Shown here: in pieces, positions 46,319 to 54,975 of the stretch
Layout of the letters: each line of letters begins with the position of its first letter
How positions within the stretch are numbered: position 1 is the first letter of the stretch
Assembly (NCBI GenBank): GCA_963640685.1
Contig: CAVIAA010000001.1
Span: forward strand, 66,395 to 130,394
Direction: 5' to 3'
From: Acutalibacteraceae bacterium
GTDB taxonomy: Bacteria > Bacillota > Clostridia > Christensenellales > CAG-138
DNA: 64,000 nt
The notes under the pieces: model-generated
Seen by the model: the letters and a program-made list of their open reading frames with translations, nothing else
The model's database searches: none
Told to the model about the DNA's origin: nothing
Translations under genes and position numbers: made by a program

Positions 46319-46347
46319 ATTATAACGCATACAAAAGTTTTTTACAA
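46319..46347 (-). promoter_or_regulatory. Sigma-A promoter driving the candidate RNA
   Basis: The minus strand reads TTGTAA (46347..46342)-17 nt-TATAAT (46324..46319), with an A/T-rich UP-like tract upstream. Confidence 0.7.
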
Positions 46348-46392
46348 CTCATTTTTTGAAAAAATTCCCTGAAAAGCTGAAAAAACGCATGC

Positions 46393-46956
46393 TTAGCGAA
46401 CGGTGGGGTCATCGTATACCGCTCTTGGCCCGCCAATGTACTTTGGACGGGTGCGCGCCATCACAAGATTGGCTTCGCCTATGTGCCTCGTGTTTGCGTG
46501 CACGGGTACCACAACGGGGTGCATATGCATACCTATGAGGGTACCGCCTATATCCATGCCCGCAGCGGCCTTGCCCTTTAGATCCTCGACCATAACGTGG
46601 TCGTCAAACTGCGCAACGGCCTCCATTGAAAAGGCGCCGCCCGCGTGAAGCTGCGGTTTTACCCATACCTGCTGAAGGTCGTATTTCTCCATGCACTCCC
46701 GCTCAACTACGAGGCAGCGGTTGAGGTGCTCGCAGCACTGCACCGCAAGGTAAAGCCCCTTGGCTTTTATCTTGGGCAGCACGGCATCCATGACCGCCTT
46801 TGCGGCCTCAACCGAGGAGCCGGAGCCTATGCGCTTGCCGACTATCTCGCTGGTCGAGCAGCCAATTACCAGTATATCGCCCTTTTTGAGGGTATCCGCT
46901 GCGGCAAAAAGCTCGTCTATCGCGGCGGAGGCCTGTTCAAAGACCTTATCCATCAT
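46393..46956 (-). CDS. UPF0340 / TIGR01440 family protein (YwlG-like)
   Basis: It has blocks shared with Bacillus YwlG: VIGCSTSE, QCCEHLNR.LVV.RE and DIG.T.IGMH. Confidence 0.85.
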   Translation of the reverse strand: MMDKVFEQASAAIDELFAAADTLKKGDILVIGCSTSEIVGKRIGSGSSVEAAKAVMDAVLPKIKAKGLYLAVQCCEHLNRCLVVERECMEKYDLQQVWVKPQLHAGGAFSMEAVAQFDDHVMVEDLKGKAAAGMDIGGTLIGMHMHPVVVPVHANTRHIGEANLVMARTRPKYIGGPRAVYDDPTVR

Positions 46957-47106
46957 AGCAGTATCAACTCCTTGAAAATGCTTTGGCAGTAAGCCGTATA
47001 AATTATAAGGCTAAAGGTACTCCGTTGCAATAGCCCTGCGATTTTACCCCAACGCTAACACCGCACTTTTTTTCACAAAAAAGTACGTTTCGTTTGGCGC
47101 ATAGTA

Positions 47107-47115
47107 TGGTATAAT
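47107..47115 (+). promoter_or_regulatory. Extended -10 promoter element upstream of hpf
   Basis: TGGTATAAT lies about 65 nt upstream of the hpf start. An 8-bp GC hairpin in the leader follows at about 47131..47166. Confidence 0.55.
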
Positions 47116-47182
47116 CAAAAAAAGAGAAAAGCGCGGCGAACCGAGCATGCTTGAGCCGCTGCGCGGGAAAGGGGAAATGAAT

Positions 47183-47713
47183 ATGCGTATTTCTATCAAC
47201 GGAAAAAACATCGAGGTATCCGATTATCTCAGCGACCTTGTGAAAAAGAAGGTCTCCAAGCTGGATAAGTATTTCCCTGAAGACACGGAGGTACATGTAA
47301 CGCTTTCCGTAGAGAAGAACCGCCACATCGTCGAGATAACCATTCCCTATTCAGGCGGCATAATCCGCGGCGAGGAGGTCAGCGGCGATATGTACGCCTC
47401 CATAGACACCGTGCTTGCCAAGGTTGAAAAGCAGATAGTGCGCCACCGTACCAAGCTCGAAAAGAATCTCCGCGCAGATGCCTTTGCCGCAGAGGAGGCA
47501 GGTTATGCCGTAGAGGACGAGGAGGAAGAGGAGCATCAGGTCGTGCGCGTAAAGCGCTTTGCGATCAAGCCCATGGACGTTGAGGAGGCGGTACTCCAAA
47601 TGGAGCTGCTGGGTCATTCCTTCTATGTATTCGAAAACGCGGAGGACGGCGAGGTAAATGTTCTGTACAGACGCAAGGACGGCAACTACGGTCTCATAGA
47701 GCCTGAAAGATAA
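47183..47713 (+). CDS. hpf: Ribosome hibernation promoting factor, long form (HPF/YvyD/RaiA family)
   Basis: It has the N-terminal sigma-54-modulation/S30EA domain (MRISINGKNIEV...LDKYF). The C-terminal dimerisation domain reads KRFAIKPMDVEEAVLQMELLGHSFYVF. I chose the ATG at 47183, 8 nt after GGAAAGGGG. Confidence 0.92.
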   Translation: MRISINGKNIEVSDYLSDLVKKKVSKLDKYFPEDTEVHVTLSVEKNRHIVEITIPYSGGIIRGEEVSGDMYASIDTVLAKVEKQIVRHRTKLEKNLRADAFAAEEAGYAVEDEEEEEHQVVRVKRFAIKPMDVEEAVLQMELLGHSFYVFENAEDGEVNVLYRRKDGNYGLIEPER

Positions 47714-47747
47714 GCGATAATGAGAACGACAAAGACGCTTTTACACA

Positions 47748-47777
47748 GCGGCACGCCATAGCGCGTGCCGCTTTTGC
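47748..47777 (+). terminator. Rho-independent terminator after hpf
   Basis: A 9-bp stem GCGGCACGC/GCGTGCCGC is followed by TTTTG. Confidence 0.85.
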
Positions 47778-47781
47778 GCTA

Positions 47782-47811
47782 TTGCAAAGGTGCGCCGGGC
47801 GGCATTATAAT
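47782..47811 (+). promoter_or_regulatory. Sigma-A promoter upstream of pth-mfd
   Basis: It reads TTGCAA-18 nt-TATAAT. Confidence 0.6.
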
Positions 47812-47891
47812 GTAATCGTAAGAAAACAAACGGCGATATCCCCCATATGCAGGGCATATGAGGGCATGTTCGTGTACATGGAGGAATAAAA

Positions 47892-48539
47892 GTGTTCATA
47901 ATAGTGGGCCTCGGCAACCCGGGCAGAGAATACGAGAATACACGTCACAACGTAGGCTTTATGACGCTGGATGTGCTGGCGGATAAATTCGGGATAGATA
48001 TAAAAAGACATAACTTCAAGGCGGTCTTTGGCGAAGGGTATATCGGTACGGAAAAGGTCGTGTTGGCAAAGCCCGAGACATATATGAATTTATCCGGCTG
48101 GAGCGTTATGGAGCTTTGCGGCTGGTATAAGCCGGAGCATGACCGGCTTCTGCTGATATATGACGATATAGATATACCCGTGGGCAGCATACGCATACGG
48201 GGCGGCGGCTCCTCGGGCACGCACAACGGCATGAGAAGCGTCATATATCAGCTGGGCTATGATGACTTTCCGCGGATACGTGTAGGTATAGGCAAGGCGG
48301 ACGGGCAAAAGGGGCTTATTGCCCATGTCCTCGGCGCACCGGAGGGGGAGGACAGGGAAAAGCTCATAGCCGCCATAAAGGATGCGGCGGATGCGGCGGA
48401 GCTTATAGTCGGCGGAGAGCTGCAGGAGGCACAGGCGAGGTACAATAAGCGCCCAAAGAAGCCCAAACCGCCAAAGCCGGAGCAGGACGAAGCAGCACAG
48501 CAAGAAGAAGCGCAGCACGAGGAAGAGGAGCAGAATTAA
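47892..48539 (+). CDS. pth: Peptidyl-tRNA hydrolase with ~30-aa charged C-terminal extension
   Basis: It reads IVGLGNPG.EY..TRHNVGF and uses a GTG start. The tail reads KRPKKPKPPKPEQDEAAQQEEAQHEEEEQN. Confidence 0.92.
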   Translation: MFIIVGLGNPGREYENTRHNVGFMTLDVLADKFGIDIKRHNFKAVFGEGYIGTEKVVLAKPETYMNLSGWSVMELCGWYKPEHDRLLLIYDDIDIPVGSIRIRGGGSSGTHNGMRSVIYQLGYDDFPRIRVGIGKADGQKGLIAHVLGAPEGEDREKLIAAIKDAADAAELIVGGELQEAQARYNKRPKKPKPPKPEQDEAAQQEEAQHEEEEQN

Positions 48540-51500
48540 GTGACTGACCCGCTGATAAAAATACTGGATAAGCACCCGGAATATATGCGGCTCAAGGAAG
48601 CCGTGTTAAAGGGCGAGGGTCCTGCCGGTGTGTTTGGCCTCGGCGAAAGCCATAAGGGGCATGTTGCGGCTGCGCTGTCGGCAAACAGGGCAGTGCTGCT
48701 CGTTGCACCGAATGAGGTCGCTGCGGCAAAACTGAACGACGACATCGCCTGCTACGGTGTGCGATCCGTACACTTTCCGACGAGAGAAATACCGCTTGCC
48801 GGAAAGGGCTTCGCTGCGAGGGACGGAATAGAGGAGCGGAGGGTGGCGGTGCTGTCCGCCCTATCATCGGGCGAGAAAATGACCGTTGTTACCTGCATAC
48901 AGGCGCTCATGCAGCGCTTGGCTTCTCCCGAGGTGATAAGAGATAGCCGGCACAGCTACAAAACGACACAAACCATCGAACCGCGAGATATGGTCGCAGA
49001 GCTCGTGCTCGCGGGCTACGAAAGGGTAGATGTATGCGAGGCACCGGGGCAGGTCTGCCTGCGCGGAGGCTATGTGGACGTATATCCGCTCTCCGCTGAA
49101 AACCCGGCAAGGATAGAGTTTTTTGACGATGAAATAGATACTATAAGGATATACGACCCGCTGACACAGCGCTCGCTGGAAAATGTTGAGCAGATAGACG
49201 TCCCGCCGGGAACGGAGGCCCCGATAACGGCTAAAGCGCGGGAGAGGACGGTCAAGCTGCTGGAAAAGCGGGGGGAGAGCGAGCTTACTTCTTTGCTGAA
49301 GGCGGGCGGAAGGCCGAGCAACCCGGCTGCGCTGCTGCCGCTGCTGTATCCTGAAGAGAAGACCCTTTTTGACTATATCGACGGCGAGTGGATAATACTC
49401 ATAGACGAGCCGACGAGGCTCGAGGAGAGCGGAAAGATCGCCTATCAGGAATTTCTGGATGGGGCATCTGCGCTTATCAAGTCCGGCGAGATACTTCCGG
49501 AGCAGGCCGGTCTTGAGGTATCTCCGCTCGAGACGATAAAGCGGATGGACACGAAGTGCACCGCTATGATGTTTGCGCTGACCAGAAGCTATAACCTGAT
49601 CGGTCAGCGCTGCATATTCAGGTTCGATACCAGACCGATATCCAGATACATCGGGCGGGAGGAGCTGCTCTCGGAGGATATAGAGGCCTGGAAAAAGAGC
49701 AAGACCAGCGTGCTGATATACGCGGGCAGCCACGCAAAGCGGCTTCAGGACAGACTGCTGGATCTCGACCATATAGTGCCGATAAAGGAAAAGCTGGATA
49801 GGGACATTGTGCCGGGCGAGGTGCTGATAATCGAGCGGCAGCTGAACCACGGCTTTGAATACCCGGAGCTGTCGCTTGCGGTCGTAACGGAAAACGAGCT
49901 GTACGGCACCGAAAACCGAAGGCCTGCGGACAGCCGAAAAAAGCATAAAAAGCCGCAGCTGGTATTCAGTGAGCTGAACGTAGGCGACCTCGTAGTGCAT
50001 GAGCTGCACGGCATAGGCCGCTTTGTGGGCGTGGAGACGCTCACGGTGGGCGGCGTTCAAAAGGACTATCTGCACCTCGTGTACTCGGGCGGGGATAAGC
50101 TGTATATTCCTACGGATCAGCTGGACAGGGTACAAAAGTACATAGGCGGCGGCGAGGATACGGCGGCGCAGCACCTTTCAAAGCTGGGCAGCGGCGAGTG
50201 GCAGAGGACGGTATCAAGAACGCGCGAAAGCGTAAAAAAGCTCGCCTTCGACCTTGTGCGCCTGTATGGAGAGCGGCAAAAGCTCAAGGGCTTCAGGTTT
50301 TCACCGGATACGCCGTGGCAGCGCAAGCTGGAGGACAGCTTTCCATACGAGCCCACGCCGGATCAGCTCACATGCATTGAGGAAATAAAGGCGGATATGG
50401 AGAGCGGCAAAGTGATGGATAGGCTGCTCTGCGGCGACGTTGGCTACGGCAAGACGGAGGTCGCGCTGCGTGCCGCGTTCAAGGCGGTGATGGACGGCAA
50501 GCAGTGCGCAATACTGGTGCCGACGACGATATTAGCGCAGCAGCACTATAACACCATAGCCGCGAGGTTCGATGGCTTCCCCGTTCACGTTGCCCTGCTT
50601 TCCCGCTTTAAAACGGCAAAGGAAGAGGAACGGATAATCGAAGGGCTGAAAAACGGCAGCGTAGATGTCGTGGTCGGCACACACAAGCTGCTTTCAAAGA
50701 GCGTAAAATTCAAGGATCTCGGCCTTTTGATAATAGACGAGGAGCAGCGCTTCGGCGTTGGGCACAAGGAGCAGATAAAGAACCTTCGCCAGTCGGTAGA
50801 TGTGCTTACTCTTTCGGCAACGCCGATACCGAGAACGCTGCATATGTCTATGACCGGCATACGGGATATGTCGGTAATTGAGACGCCGCCCTCGCAGCGG
50901 TATCCGGTGCAGACCTATGTGATGGAGTACAGCGAGCCTGTCGTGCGGGAGGCGATACTAAAGGAGATCGGCCGCGGCGGGCAGGTGTATTTCGTATATA
51001 ATAACGTTCGCAATATGGAGCAGTTTGCGGCCAAGCTCAGGGAGCTGGTGCCGGAGGCACGGGTGTGCTTCGCGCATGGGCAGATGCATGAGCGGGTGCT
51101 GGAAAACACCATGCTGGAGTTTATGGAGCATAACTACGACGTTCTGCTTTGCAGCACCATAATCGAGAGCGGGCTGGACATACAGAACGTGAACACCATA
51201 ATAATAGCGGATGCGGACGCTATGGGGCTTTCGCAGCTGTATCAGCTCAGGGGGCGCGTTGGGCGCGGTGTAAGGCTGGGGTATGCCTACCTCACCTACC
51301 GGCCGAACAAGGCCATGAGCGAAACGGCGGAAAAGCGGCTGATTGCGATACGGGAGCTTACGCAGTTCGGCTCCGGCTTTAAGATAGCGCTGAGAGACCT
51401 TGAAATACGCGGCGCGGGCAACCTATTGGGGCCGGAGCAGCACGGGCATATGGAGGCCATAGGCTACGACCTTTACTGCAAGATTGTTGACAGCGCCGTT

Positions 51501-51986
51501 CGGGAGGCAAAGGGCGAGGAGCTGCCGAAGGATATAGAGACTGTCGTGGAAATACCTATTTCCGCAAACATACCCAAGGGCTATATACCGAGGGAGGCAG
51601 AGCGGCTTTCGATGTACAAGCGCATAGCCTTTATAACGGCGCAGGCGGATGTATACGACGTACAGGATGAGCTTATCGACAGGTATGGCGACATACCCGA
51701 GGAGGTTCAGAACCTGATATTCATAGCGCTTATAAAGGAGGAGGCGCAGCGAGCATACATACAGCGGCTCATGGTCAGAGAGGGTGAAATATGCATCAGC
51801 TTTGACCCGGAGGCGCCGATGAACGGGGCAAAGCTGTTTGCGGCGGCAAATTCCATCTCGGGCGCTGCGGTGCTGCCGGAGGAAACGCCGGCGGTCGTGA
51901 TACGACGGCCGAAGGCTGATGTGAAAAAGTTGTGCAGCGAGCTGACACAGATTGTTTACATGCTTGCGGATTGCATAGACAAGTAA
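48540..51986 (+). CDS. mfd: Transcription-repair coupling factor Mfd
   Basis: The 1148-aa protein has a UvrB-homology N-terminus, an RNAP-interacting domain, and superfamily-2 helicase motifs (GDVGYGKTEVA, DEEQRFGV, TATPIPRT). It uses a GTG start directly after the pth stop. Confidence 0.95.
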   Translation: MTDPLIKILDKHPEYMRLKEAVLKGEGPAGVFGLGESHKGHVAAALSANRAVLLVAPNEVAAAKLNDDIACYGVRSVHFPTREIPLAGKGFAARDGIEERRVAVLSALSSGEKMTVVTCIQALMQRLASPEVIRDSRHSYKTTQTIEPRDMVAELVLAGYERVDVCEAPGQVCLRGGYVDVYPLSAENPARIEFFDDEIDTIRIYDPLTQRSLENVEQIDVPPGTEAPITAKARERTVKLLEKRGESELTSLLKAGGRPSNPAALLPLLYPEEKTLFDYIDGEWIILIDEPTRLEESGKIAYQEFLDGASALIKSGEILPEQAGLEVSPLETIKRMDTKCTAMMFALTRSYNLIGQRCIFRFDTRPISRYIGREELLSEDIEAWKKSKTSVLIYAGSHAKRLQDRLLDLDHIVPIKEKLDRDIVPGEVLIIERQLNHGFEYPELSLAVVTENELYGTENRRPADSRKKHKKPQLVFSELNVGDLVVHELHGIGRFVGVETLTVGGVQKDYLHLVYSGGDKLYIPTDQLDRVQKYIGGGEDTAAQHLSKLGSGEWQRTVSRTRESVKKLAFDLVRLYGERQKLKGFRFSPDTPWQRKLEDSFPYEPTPDQLTCIEEIKADMESGKVMDRLLCGDVGYGKTEVALRAAFKAVMDGKQCAILVPTTILAQQHYNTIAARFDGFPVHVALLSRFKTAKEEERIIEGLKNGSVDVVVGTHKLLSKSVKFKDLGLLIIDEEQRFGVGHKEQIKNLRQSVDVLTLSATPIPRTLHMSMTGIRDMSVIETPPSQRYPVQTYVMEYSEPVVREAILKEIGRGGQVYFVYNNVRNMEQFAAKLRELVPEARVCFAHGQMHERVLENTMLEFMEHNYDVLLCSTIIESGLDIQNVNTIIIADADAMGLSQLYQLRGRVGRGVRLGYAYLTYRPNKAMSETAEKRLIAIRELTQFGSGFKIALRDLEIRGAGNLLGPEQHGHMEAIGYDLYCKIVDSAVREAKGEELPKDIETVVEIPISANIPKGYIPREAERLSMYKRIAFITAQADVYDVQDELIDRYGDIPEEVQNLIFIALIKEEAQRAYIQRLMVREGEICISFDPEAPMNGAKLFAAANSISGAAVLPEETPAVVIRRPKADVKKLCSELTQIVYMLADCIDK

Positions 51987-52061
51987 ATAAAGCTATAATC
52001 AAACGAGCAAAGCATGGGTAGGCTCAGGCTAAAATGCCCAAGGATAGGAGAAAAAGACATA

Positions 52062-53447
52062 ATGAAGAAAATTTTCGCGGCGGCGCTGGCAATTGCCATG
52101 ATGCTTACAACGGCAGGATGCATCAGCATTACCTCGAGCACGAGCGACACATCGGCGGCAGATGCAGACGTGGCGGTCGCCACTATCGGTGACAGGGAAG
52201 TTGCATTCAGCGAGTACAAGCAGCTTTTTGATCTGTATGCGGGCTATTACGCCATGATGGGCTATGACATATCCACCGACGAGGAAGCGACACAGCAGCT
52301 TCAGGATGACGTGATAGATGCTCTCGTGCTCAACGAGATAATAGCTTATCAGGCGGCGGAGGCAGGCTTTAACCAGCTTAGCGAGGAAAAGCTTGCCGAG
52401 ATAGAGAAAAACGCACAGGAAGACCTTGAAAGCATCGTTGAAGAGTGCAAAGCACAGGCGGAGAGCGATGCAGAGGACGACAGCAGCGTAAACGTTGAGG
52501 AGAGGACTGCGGAGTACGTTGCGGATCAGGCGGAGAGCTACGCCGGCGAGCGCATGACTGCCGATGAGTTCGGCGAGTGGATACAGGAAAACTACATTGA
52601 AAACGCAATAGGCGGGGCCTTCCGCGAGGAAATGGTAAAGGATGTAACGGTATCCGACAGCAGCATACAAAGCTGGTATGACGAAAACCTTGAGCAGCAG
52701 AAGGCAGACTATGACGAAGATCCGGAGGGGTATAAGTCCGCAAAGGAGACTGAGGAGCTTTACGGCGGTTCTCCGGTGCTGTATACTCCCGAGGGATACA
52801 GCAGAGTGCTGGAGATACTGATAACCCCGACCGACGCGATATCCGAGGAATACAGCAACAAGTTTGACGAGATGCAGAACCTCGAGAGCGAGTACGGCGA
52901 GCTTGCCTTTACCGTGCAGGTGGAGGGCGGCACGGGTGCCGCAAGGCTGAACGAGATAAAGAAGGAATATAAGGCGGCGAAGGCCGAGGCGGATAAGCTG
53001 CTGGACGAGTACTTCAAACCCTCCGTTGAAAAGGCGAATGAGGCGTATGCAAAGCTGCAGGCCGGCGAAAAGTTGGAGGATGTTGCAGCGGAATATTCTG
53101 ACGAGACAAACGCGCCGGAAAAGGGGCTGCTGATAAGCCAGAAGAGCAGCAGCTATGACTGGAGCGACGAGATTAAGGCAGCCTTTGCAAAGCTCAAGCT
53201 GGGCGAGTATACAAAGCCTATAAAGGATGATAACGGCGTACATATACTCTACTATCTTTCCGATGAGCCGGCCGGCGAAATTCCTCTTGATGACGTAAAG
53301 GACGCTATACGCGAGCTGCTCCTTGACGATGCACAGCAGGAGGAATGGAACCAGATGCTGGAGACCTGGAAGAACGACGGCAGCGTATCTCTAAATGAAG
53401 AGCTTATACGCAGCGTAGCCTACAACTCCTCCGAGCCCGTTGGCTAA
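52062..53447 (+). CDS. Lipoprotein peptidyl-prolyl isomerase (PrsA/SurA-like, parvulin type)
   Basis: It has a lipobox (LTTAGC). The C-terminal parvulin-like block reads KLGEYTKPIKDDNGVHILY. I set the start at MKKIFAAAL (ATG 52062). Confidence 0.8.
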   Translation: MKKIFAAALAIAMMLTTAGCISITSSTSDTSAADADVAVATIGDREVAFSEYKQLFDLYAGYYAMMGYDISTDEEATQQLQDDVIDALVLNEIIAYQAAEAGFNQLSEEKLAEIEKNAQEDLESIVEECKAQAESDAEDDSSVNVEERTAEYVADQAESYAGERMTADEFGEWIQENYIENAIGGAFREEMVKDVTVSDSSIQSWYDENLEQQKADYDEDPEGYKSAKETEELYGGSPVLYTPEGYSRVLEILITPTDAISEEYSNKFDEMQNLESEYGELAFTVQVEGGTGAARLNEIKKEYKAAKAEADKLLDEYFKPSVEKANEAYAKLQAGEKLEDVAAEYSDETNAPEKGLLISQKSSSYDWSDEIKAAFAKLKLGEYTKPIKDDNGVHILYYLSDEPAGEIPLDDVKDAIRELLLDDAQQEEWNQMLETWKNDGSVSLNEELIRSVAYNSSEPVG

Positions 53448-53466
53448 ACAAAGCTGAAAACGGCAG

Positions 53467-53494
53467 ACCGGGCGAAAGCCCGGTTTGTTTTTTT
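53467..53494 (+). terminator. Rho-independent terminator
   Basis: The stem ACCGGGC-GAAA-GCCCGGT is followed by a T-run. Confidence 0.88.
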
Positions 53495-53542
53495 GCCCCG
53501 CATGTGGTAAGCTAATTAAAAACATATTTTGGGAGGACGTAC

Positions 53543-53800
53543 ATGCGTCTAGATAAATACCTGAAGGTATCAAGGATAATAAAGCGCAGAACGGTCGCAA
53601 GCGAGGCGGCGTCGCTGGGCAGGATACAGATAAACGGCAAGGTCGCAAAGCCCTCGAGCGAGGTAAAGGAGGGAGATACGCTGGATATACTCATGGGCGG
53701 CAGGCACACCGTAGTAAAGGTAACGAGCGTTCAGGAGTTTACGACAAAGGCCGCAGCAGCGGAAATGTACGAGTTGATATCTCGGGGCGGAGAGGAATGA
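53543..53800 (+). CDS. S4-domain RNA-binding protein (YabO/Hsp15-like)
   Basis: The segment MRLDKYLKVSRIIKRRTVA...I.INGKVAKPS is typical of small S4 proteins. Confidence 0.85.
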   Translation: MRLDKYLKVSRIIKRRTVASEAASLGRIQINGKVAKPSSEVKEGDTLDILMGGRHTVVKVTSVQEFTTKAAAAEMYELISRGGEE

Positions 53801-54900
53801 AGGTAACAGGTATAATTCCTGCGGCGGGAGCCTCGCGGCGAATGGGCAGGGATAAGCTGACGATGGTCTTTGGCGGCAAAACGGTGCTGCGCCGCTCTGT
53901 TGAGGCGCTGATGAGCGCCGGAGTGACGGATATAATAATCGCCGTCTCGGATGCCACAAGACAGGAGGCGGAGTCTCTGAAGAAAATGTACGGCGTTAGG
54001 CTTGTTGGTGGCGGCGAAACGCGCGGAGACTCGGTATACAACGCCCTTATTAAGGCGGATTGCGACATAGCTCTGATACACGATGGAGCGCGGTGCCTGG
54101 TCAGCGAGGAGATCATCAGAGACAGCATACGCTCTGCTGAAGAATACGGCAGCGGCGTCGCCGCAATACCCGCACGGGATACCATGTGGAGAGACGGTGA
54201 AATAGTTGACCGGAGCGGCATAATGCTTGCGCAGACACCGCAGGCGTTTGAATACAGGCGGATAATGGCCGCATACGAGGCGGCAAGGAAAAGCGGCATA
54301 CAGGCGACCGACGACTGTGCGCTGTACAGGCGGCTTTTCAGGGAGGTGCATTATTCAATGGGCAGCATAATGAACCAAAAGCTGACCGCGACAGAGGATG
54401 TTGAAATGTTTGAGCGGCTCACGCAAAGGCAGCGCATAGGCTATGGTGAAGATACCCACCGGCTTACCGAGGGGAGAAGGCTTGTGATAGGCGGTGTGGA
54501 AATACCGTTTAGGCTTGGCCTGCTGGGTCATTCGGATGCCGATGTTCTCATTCATGCTGTGATAGACGCGCTGCTTGGCGCCGCCGCGTTGGGGGACATA
54601 GGCGGGATGTTTCCGGATTCCTCGCCGGAATACAAGGATATAGATTCACTGCTGCTGCTTGAGCGGGCATGGAGCCGCGTCAGCAGCGAGGGCTATTCCG
54701 TAAGCTCAGTTGATGCCACGGTAATAGCGCAGGAGCCTAAGCTCGCGCCGTATATAGACGACATGCGCCGCAGCATAGCCCGTGCCATAGGCTGCGGCGA
54801 AGTGCTTGTCAGCGTAAAAGCCACTACGCCGGAGCACACGGGTCCCGAGGGGAGCCTTGAGTGCATAACGGCTCGCTGCGTATGTATGATAAGCGGGTAA
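53797..54900 (+). CDS. ispDF: Bifunctional IspD/IspF (MEP cytidylyltransferase / MEcPP synthase fusion)
   Basis: The N-terminal IspD motif is IIPAAGASRRMG. The C-terminal IspF motifs are GYGEDTHRL and GHSDADVLIHA. It is a single uninterrupted 367-aa frame. Confidence 0.9.
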   Translation: MKVTGIIPAAGASRRMGRDKLTMVFGGKTVLRRSVEALMSAGVTDIIIAVSDATRQEAESLKKMYGVRLVGGGETRGDSVYNALIKADCDIALIHDGARCLVSEEIIRDSIRSAEEYGSGVAAIPARDTMWRDGEIVDRSGIMLAQTPQAFEYRRIMAAYEAARKSGIQATDDCALYRRLFREVHYSMGSIMNQKLTATEDVEMFERLTQRQRIGYGEDTHRLTEGRRLVIGGVEIPFRLGLLGHSDADVLIHAVIDALLGAAALGDIGGMFPDSSPEYKDIDSLLLLERAWSRVSSEGYSVSSVDATVIAQEPKLAPYIDDMRRSIARAIGCGEVLVSVKATTPEHTGPEGSLECITARCVCMISG

Positions 54901-54975
54901 CACGAGTGTAGATAACGTGTGGTATTAAAAATGCAATGCTGTATGCTGCAGCAAAGAAATAATATTGGGGTACAT

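Noticed and set aside
46957-47146. A possible structured RNA (e.g. raiA-motif) directly upstream of hpf.
   Set aside because: The region is AT-rich, and only one short leader hairpin sits after the extended -10 promoter. Nothing resembles a large conserved RNA.
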